DNA of 64,000 bases from Candidatus Binatia bacterium (lineage in GTDB: Bacteria; Desulfobacterota; Binatia; Bin18). Of the stretch, positions 58,510-64,000 are shown piece by piece. The DNA lies in contig OY761159.2 of NCBI GenBank assembly GCA_963664395.2, positions 3,104,001-3,168,000 of the forward strand, in the 5' to 3' direction. The notes under the pieces were generated by a model. That model saw only the letters and a list, made by a program, of their open reading frames with translations. It made no database searches and was not told the DNA's origin. The first letter of the stretch is position 1. Every line of letters begins with the position of its first letter. The position numbers were made by a program, and so were the translations under genes.

Positions 58510-58797
58510 CTTGACATTATCCCAGAAGCTTTTATCAAGTCTCATCTCGTTGACCGCTTCGCCAAAGTGAATATCACAGCCGAAGAAGTCTGCGTACGGC
58601 GCCGTATCGGGCGGCGGTAGATGACGAAAGCGGACCGAAGTGAGTACGACCTGCGGCCCAAGGGTGTCTCTCATCAACGTCAGGATGCAGACCATGTTCC
58701 GTTCGACGAAGAACGGGCCACAGTCGACGCCGCCGCCGCTTTCGTTCAGGGCCAGTTCCATCATCCAGACCCAGGGCAATCTGATCCTCCGGATCAC
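58510..58797 (-). pseudogene. AraC-type regulator ligand-binding domain fragment
   Basis: V.FRH.PP.D..PY..FFGC.I.FG...N; no HTH and no clear start. Confidence 0.6.
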
Positions 58798-58905
58798 CGA
58801 TTACTGGAACCCGCTCTCCTTTCAGCAGGTGGTCGGCTTGGTATAGTCAGCAATGTTCAAATTTCTTGTACGTTTCTTCACGAACAGAAAGAGAGGGCAC
58901 AAGCC

Positions 58906-59334
58906 ATGTATACCTTCGATGACCGCGCTATGCGGTGGTACCAATTAGGAGATTTCGAGCATTTCGTTTTTGCCATGCTCGATGTGGATAGCGAAAATCT
59001 CATTGTCGATTTCATTCTCAAATTTCCGCCCCACGAGCAGATATTTCTGCACCGACATTTGGCGCTCACGAACACCTTCGTCGTGCAAGGCGAGCACCGG
59101 CTCTATGAGCCTGACGGTTCGCTCCAGGAGATTCGTCCGGTGGGGAGTTATACCTCCAGCCCGCCAGGCGACCCGCATCGGGAAGGCGCGGGTGATGGCG
59201 GCGGTGTCGTCTTTTACAGCGTGCGTGGAAAGGACGGCGTTTTATTCGAGGGGCTTGATGAGAACTTCAACGTCAACGTGACGCTCAGCCTGGAGGACTT
59301 TGCCAGCGCCTACGAAGAACAGAAAAACGCCTGA
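58906..59334 (+). CDS. Cupin-fold (ChrR-like) protein
   Basis: LHRH...TFVVQGEH, PHREG. Confidence 0.78.
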   Translation: MYTFDDRAMRWYQLGDFEHFVFAMLDVDSENLIVDFILKFPPHEQIFLHRHLALTNTFVVQGEHRLYEPDGSLQEIRPVGSYTSSPPGDPHREGAGDGGGVVFYSVRGKDGVLFEGLDENFNVNVTLSLEDFASAYEEQKNA

Positions 59335-59417
59335 AAAACGGACAAAAAGGGACTGCCACATGATCGGGGGAGAAGGAGGAGATTCTCCAGGACTAAGACG
59401 CCGAGACATTAAATGGC

Positions 59418-59702
59418 GTGTTGGTCATTATCATTGCGCTGGTGTTGCCGAAATTACGCTTAAGCCAATTCATGCAGCGATTCACGGCCTATGGATTTAT
59501 CTATATCGCTTGGTCATTCACCGTGTTTTACTGGTTGGGCAATGCGTCCAGTAATCGGGCGCTGAGCATGGGCTACAGCCCCTTGGGTGAGGCAGACACC
59601 ATCGGCCTCATCGGATTTTTGCCCGGCGTGCCGAGCGTGTTTTTAGTGATCGTGTTGTTGGCGGTTGCCGCGAAGGCGGTGTTGTCTTCCGGTCAGGACT
59701 AG
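59418..59702 (+). other. Possible membrane protein fragment
   Basis: Three hydrophobic stretches, no convincing RBS. Confidence 0.3.
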
Positions 59703-59756
59703 CCGTTCCCCCTTCGGCCTCAGTGCACCACAGCCGGCAACGACATGATCGTCGTC

Positions 59757-59886
59757 GTAGGGGCAACCCCCTGTGGTTGCCCGGCGGGGGGCAGGGGTGT
59801 CCGGGGCGGGATGGTGGCCCGGCGGGGGGCGGTTGTTCTCGGGGCGGACGGAGGAGGGGAGGGCAGGCACGGGGGCCTGCCCCTAC
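59757..59886. repeat. Free-standing REP family A inverted doublet (REPIN-like)
   Basis: Both arms identical to the doublet inside the RAYT at 15571-15659; shared spacer piece ggcggggggcggttgttctcggggc. Confidence 0.9.
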
Positions 59887-59924
59887 GTTGTTACGTTTTC
59901 ACGGTCTGCCGTACCCCTCCTGAT

Positions 59925-61550
59925 CTAGCGCAGCACAAAATCCTGATAGCCGTTGGCGGCGGCCTCCTGACATTCCTTGCGATATTCCGGGACGGTGTTG
60001 GCATACAGGAGGAGGGCCCGCGCCTTGCCGGGAATATTCGTCCCCATAAACCAGGACTTCGTATCGCTCAAAAGCGTCTGAGCGGCCAACTCGTTGGAGT
60101 GCTCTAGCCAGGCCTCTTCCGCCTCCGGGGTGGGCGCAATGCTCGCCACGTTCTTCTCACGCAGATGGCCGATACAATCGGCAATCCATTCCACAATCAT
60201 CTCGGCGCAGACCGTGTAGTTGCAGAACGCCGTGCTGACGGCAATGAAGAAATTCGGGAAGCCGGCAGTCTGAATCCCCAGGTAGCTGCGTGGCCCGTTG
60301 GCCCATTTGTCCTTGAACGTCTGCCCGCCTTCGCCGCGAATATCGATCCGGGTCAGCGGCCCGGACACCGCGTCAAAACCGGTCGCATAGATGATGACGT
60401 CGAGTTCGTACTCGGCATCCTGGGTTTTCACGCCCTTGGGCGTGATACGTTCGATCGGGGCCTTGCGGACATCGACCAACTTCACATTGTCCCGGTTGTA
60501 GGCCTCGTAATAATGAGTCTCCAAGGGAATCCGCTTGGAACCGAACGGATGATCCTTGGGCGCCAGCATTTCGGCCACCTCGGGATCATGCACGCGCCTG
60601 CGGATTTTGTTGCGAACGAACTCGGCAAAGGTTTCATTGGCCTCCCGGTTGGTCATAATGTCGTGGAAATTTCCCAGCCATTTGGTGAACCCGGGTTGCG
60701 CCCATAACTTCTCGTAGAGTTCCAGCCGCTCTTCCTCCGAGACCTCCAGAGCCGAGCGCGGGTCGAATTCATGCTGAAAGCCGGCCGAGGATTCACGACA
60801 CTGTTTATGGATTGCCGGGTAGTTGGCCTTCCAGGCGGCCTGGATCTCCGGGTTGACTTCCGAATTCCGGCACGGCGCGCAATAGTTTGGGGTGCGCTGA
60901 AAGACGGTCAGCTGACCGGCTTCCTTAGCCACGATGGGGATGAGCTGGACGGCCGTTGCGCCAGTGCCGATGACGCCGACCCGTTTGCCGGTAAAGTCTA
61001 CTTTTTCCTTTGGCCAGTTGGATGTGTGAAACGACGCACCTTCAAAGCTGTCAATGCCTTCAAATGGGGGCATATACTTGGCAGACAGGATACCGACCGC
61101 GCCGACCAGAAACTGCGCCCGCGCCCGCTGCCCACCCTCAATCTGGACCTCCCAGCGATGCGCGTTCTCGTCGTAGACTGCCGAGCTGACACGAGCATTG
61201 AACTGGATGTGTGGGCGCAGGTTGAACTTGTCGGCCACAAAGTTGAGGTAGCGCTCGTTCTCGGGCTGCCCGGAAAAATGCTCCTTCCAGTCCCATTCTT
61301 GAAGTAACTCCTCCGACCACGAATACCCGTAGGTTTCACTCTCGGAATCGAAGCGACAACCTGGATAGCGGTTCCAATACCAGGTGCCGCCCACACCGTC
61401 AGCGTCCTCAAAGACGCGCACCGATAGCCCCATCTCTCTGAGCTTGTACAATTGATACAAGCCCGACAGCCCGGCGCCGATCACGATCACGTCATACTGC
61501 TCAACCGCTCCGACACCGTTTGTCGATGTTTGCTCTTGCGTATTTGCCAT
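59925..61550 (-). CDS. Baeyer-Villiger monooxygenase (cyclohexanone/phenylacetone monooxygenase-like)
   Basis: [40 protein letters not shown]. Confidence 0.94.
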   Translation of the reverse strand: MANTQEQTSTNGVGAVEQYDVIVIGAGLSGLYQLYKLREMGLSVRVFEDADGVGGTWYWNRYPGCRFDSESETYGYSWSEELLQEWDWKEHFSGQPENERYLNFVADKFNLRPHIQFNARVSSAVYDENAHRWEVQIEGGQRARAQFLVGAVGILSAKYMPPFEGIDSFEGASFHTSNWPKEKVDFTGKRVGVIGTGATAVQLIPIVAKEAGQLTVFQRTPNYCAPCRNSEVNPEIQAAWKANYPAIHKQCRESSAGFQHEFDPRSALEVSEEERLELYEKLWAQPGFTKWLGNFHDIMTNREANETFAEFVRNKIRRRVHDPEVAEMLAPKDHPFGSKRIPLETHYYEAYNRDNVKLVDVRKAPIERITPKGVKTQDAEYELDVIIYATGFDAVSGPLTRIDIRGEGGQTFKDKWANGPRSYLGIQTAGFPNFFIAVSTAFCNYTVCAEMIVEWIADCIGHLREKNVASIAPTPEAEEAWLEHSNELAAQTLLSDTKSWFMGTNIPGKARALLLYANTVPEYRKECQEAAANGYQDFVLR

Positions 61551-61595
61551 AGTATGCCCTCCTTACCGTTCGTTTTCAGGTCGCTCAGATATACC

Positions 61596-63542
61596 TCATA
61601 CCTGTGCTGGTTGCGAGTGGCGCGGCTCAACCACGAAGTCGGCTAGGTTTGCCGTGCGTGTCATGTCGTAGTAGGTGGCGTTGCGATACGGCGAGTTCAC
61701 AACCACTCTGCCCCGCGCGTTTCGGTAATAGGTTTCCATACCCGGATGGGTCCAGACCATGTTTTCATGCGCTTGGTCTATACGCTCGTTGTAGGCGTCG
61801 TGTACATCTTGACGACATTCGACCGCGCCGAGCCCCTGGGTCAGCATTTTCTTCAGCATGTCCATGATGTAGCGCACCTGCATCTCAGCGATAAACATGA
61901 AGCTCCCTCCGTGGCCCGGCTGGAGGTTGGGACCGTACAGGCAAAAGAAATTGGGGAAGTCAGGTATGCTGAGACCGAGATAGGCGCGCGCGTTATCATC
62001 GTCCCACACTTCCCGTAGGCTGCGGCCTGAGCGCCCACGCGCCTCAAAAGAGGTCAGGAAACGGAGAACATCGAAACCCGTGGCGATGATGAGCACATCG
62101 GCTTCATACTCGGCTCCGTCTTCGGTCAGAACCCGATCCGGACCGATTTCAATAATAGGGTGTGAGACGAGTTCCACCTTGTCGTTGCGCAACATGCGGT
62201 ACCAGCCGTTATCCATGAGCATGCGTTTGCCAAAGGGCGGATAGTTGGGAACAACTTTATCGAGCAACTCGGTCCTGTCACCAATTTCCGAGCCAATATA
62301 CTGAGTGAAGTAGCCGCGATGCGAATCGTTGGCCTTGTTGAGCGAGCGGTCGGCATACGGCCAGTCGGGGTCCTTCTGTAAGGTCGCATGCACCCGATCA
62401 CCAAATGTCCAGCCCAAGCGTAAGCGGTACCAGATTCGGTACAACGGCACCTCGCGCAGCATGAAACGCATGGCGTCGGGGATGGGTTTGCGAAACTGCT
62501 CGTTGGGGGCGACCCAATGCGCCGATTTCTGAAAGATGGTCAGCGATTCTACCTGATGCTGAATCTCGGGCCCGATCTGCATGGCGCTGGCACCATTGCC
62601 GATTATGGCCACCCGTTTGCCGGTGAGATCAAGCTCCTGCGGCCACTCGGCAGTGTGGAAGGCTGGGCCGGCAAAGCGCTCCAGTCCCTTGATATTCGGC
62701 AACTTGATCGGGTTGAAAATGCCAACCGCGCTGATGAGGACGTTTGACGCGAGCGTCTGTCGGGAACCGTCAGCCTGCTTCGCGGCGACCCTCCAGCGCT
62801 GGGTGTCGGTGTCATAATCCGCGGACTCGACCTCAGTTTCGAAGCGAATATGCGATCTCAGGTTGAATTGATCGGCCACGTGTTCAAGATAGGCTTTGAG
62901 TTCGTCCCGCAAGGCGAAATACATTGACCAGTCGTAGGGCGCAAATGAGAACGAGTAGAGATGATTCGGCGTATCAACACCCGCACCGGGATAGTGGTTG
63001 TCCCGCCACGTGCCGCCCAGGTTGGGGCTCTTTTCCAGGATGGTGAAAGGAATCCCGGCTTGCTGGAGCTTGATCGCAGTACACATGCCGGAGACGCCGG
63101 CCCCGATAATCAGCACTGCAAACCCGTCCGGGACGGGCAGCTTGTGAAGACCGTTATTGCCATTGTCCGCCACGGAAGCCAGCTCGGCTTCGATGATCGG
63201 ATCATATTCGGCCGGAACCTGCTCGGCCATGGCCCAACTCAGCATCCTGAGCCGGAGTTCCGGAGAGGGCTCAGGAATGGCCACTGGCTTACCCGCCCGC
63301 CAAGCCAGGATCGCCTCAAGCGCCGCCTGACGAATTTCCCTTTGGAGCCTATCAGACAGCCCACCCGTGTCGTTATCCCCCATGCCTCGGGCCCGGGTGA
63401 GACGGTACGGTTCTTCCAACCAGTGCAGTGCTCCGGTCAACTGCACCAAGACCATCAGCAGCGTTGGGATGTTCGCGGTTGTAATGGCTTGGGCAAACTC
63501 TTGTGCTTCTTCTTGACGGTCAAGGGTCTGTTGTTCACGCAT
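61596..63542 (-). CDS. 4-hydroxyacetophenone monooxygenase-like BVMO (N-terminal extension)
   Basis: ANIPTLLMVLVQLTG extension, GAGVSG, GGTWRDNHYPG, FAGPAFHTAEWP, KRMLMDNGW; GAGG RBS before ATG 63542. Confidence 0.92.
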   Translation of the reverse strand: MREQQTLDRQEEAQEFAQAITTANIPTLLMVLVQLTGALHWLEEPYRLTRARGMGDNDTGGLSDRLQREIRQAALEAILAWRAGKPVAIPEPSPELRLRMLSWAMAEQVPAEYDPIIEAELASVADNGNNGLHKLPVPDGFAVLIIGAGVSGMCTAIKLQQAGIPFTILEKSPNLGGTWRDNHYPGAGVDTPNHLYSFSFAPYDWSMYFALRDELKAYLEHVADQFNLRSHIRFETEVESADYDTDTQRWRVAAKQADGSRQTLASNVLISAVGIFNPIKLPNIKGLERFAGPAFHTAEWPQELDLTGKRVAIIGNGASAMQIGPEIQHQVESLTIFQKSAHWVAPNEQFRKPIPDAMRFMLREVPLYRIWYRLRLGWTFGDRVHATLQKDPDWPYADRSLNKANDSHRGYFTQYIGSEIGDRTELLDKVVPNYPPFGKRMLMDNGWYRMLRNDKVELVSHPIIEIGPDRVLTEDGAEYEADVLIIATGFDVLRFLTSFEARGRSGRSLREVWDDDNARAYLGLSIPDFPNFFCLYGPNLQPGHGGSFMFIAEMQVRYIMDMLKKMLTQGLGAVECRQDVHDAYNERIDQAHENMVWTHPGMETYYRNARGRVVVNSPYRNATYYDMTRTANLADFVVEPRHSQPAQV

Positions 63543-63708
63543 CGTTTTCCTCTCGATCCCCGTTTTCTTATCAAGTACCGGTCTTTTTCTCGGCATAGTG
63601 ATAGCGGAGAACAAGGGGGTTGCATAGGTGAATGTCAGAGAAAGTTTCGTCCAAGCCGACTGTTCAATACGGGTAAGAAACGCTGAGTCGGACACCCGGC
63701 GTCTCCGT

Positions 63709-64000
63709 TCAGAACAGTGGGTCGAGTGGCTCGCCGCCGAGTAATACCCGTCCGGCGGAATGCTGAATGCTACGCGAGGATTCATAGCCAAAGGCAATAG
63801 CGTGCAGATTTCTGAGCGCCCGTTCCAGTGGGTTGCCCTGCATAAACCCGGCGCGCGTGCCCCGGGCATACAGCCGGCTGACGGTATCCCGCGCCGTGTC
63901 CAAGACATAGAAAGTGGAGGCGTACAGTTCCGCCCGGAGCGGCAGCGGGACCTCCGCACCGGTACTCGCCAGGTCCCAGACGGCGTGCGTTGCAGCAAAA
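63709..64000 (-). CDS. Acyl-CoA dehydrogenase-fold flavin hydroxylase (HsaA-like), 5'-partial
   Basis: Open frame from the window edge: ...NPLERALRNLHAI...GRVLLG. Confidence 0.7.
   Translation of the reverse strand, partial: FAATHAVWDLASTGAEVPLPLRAELYASTFYVLDTARDTVSRLYARGTRAGFMQGNPLERALRNLHAIAFGYESSRSIQHSAGRVLLGGEPLDPLF

Noticed and set aside
63543-63998. 152-aa N-terminal extension of the 800-aa BVMO ORF
   Set aside because: It overlaps the upstream hydroxylase in another frame; the RBS-supported start is 63542. Similar over-extensions were trimmed at 3374, 8527, 25208, 39413 and 58621
1-64000. CRISPR array, rRNA or tRNA genes
   Set aside because: No regularly spaced repeat-spacer series and no recognisable rRNA/tRNA; the repeats found are REP-type hairpins with two to four dispersed copies

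Overview
GC-rich bacterial accessory/catabolic region with no rRNA, tRNA or CRISPR array recognised. It is dominated by oxidative and hydrolytic enzymes: four Baeyer-Villiger monooxygenases (one frameshifted), four intact luciferase-like monooxygenases, GSTs, esterases, SDRs, CmcJ/NvfI-like and GFA proteins, a 3-sulfinopropanoyl-CoA desulfinase-like gene and ilvD. A type I restriction-modification operon (hsdM-[mini ORF]-RAYT-hsdS-hsdR) carries a REP-associated tyrosine transposase whose own coding sequence contains a REP doublet, which recurs elsewhere in the window. Other candidate systems are a leaderless Zn-finger/DUF5678 plus retropepsin-like protease operon, a secreted matrixin with an upstream partner, an orphan cytochrome oxidase subunit III/IV module, and a REP-doublet-flanked cassette of decayed toxins. 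About 20 gene stubs, deletion chimeras and IS6/MITE remnants indicate strong deletion-driven decay. All family assignments come from motif recognition by eye; no database search was run.
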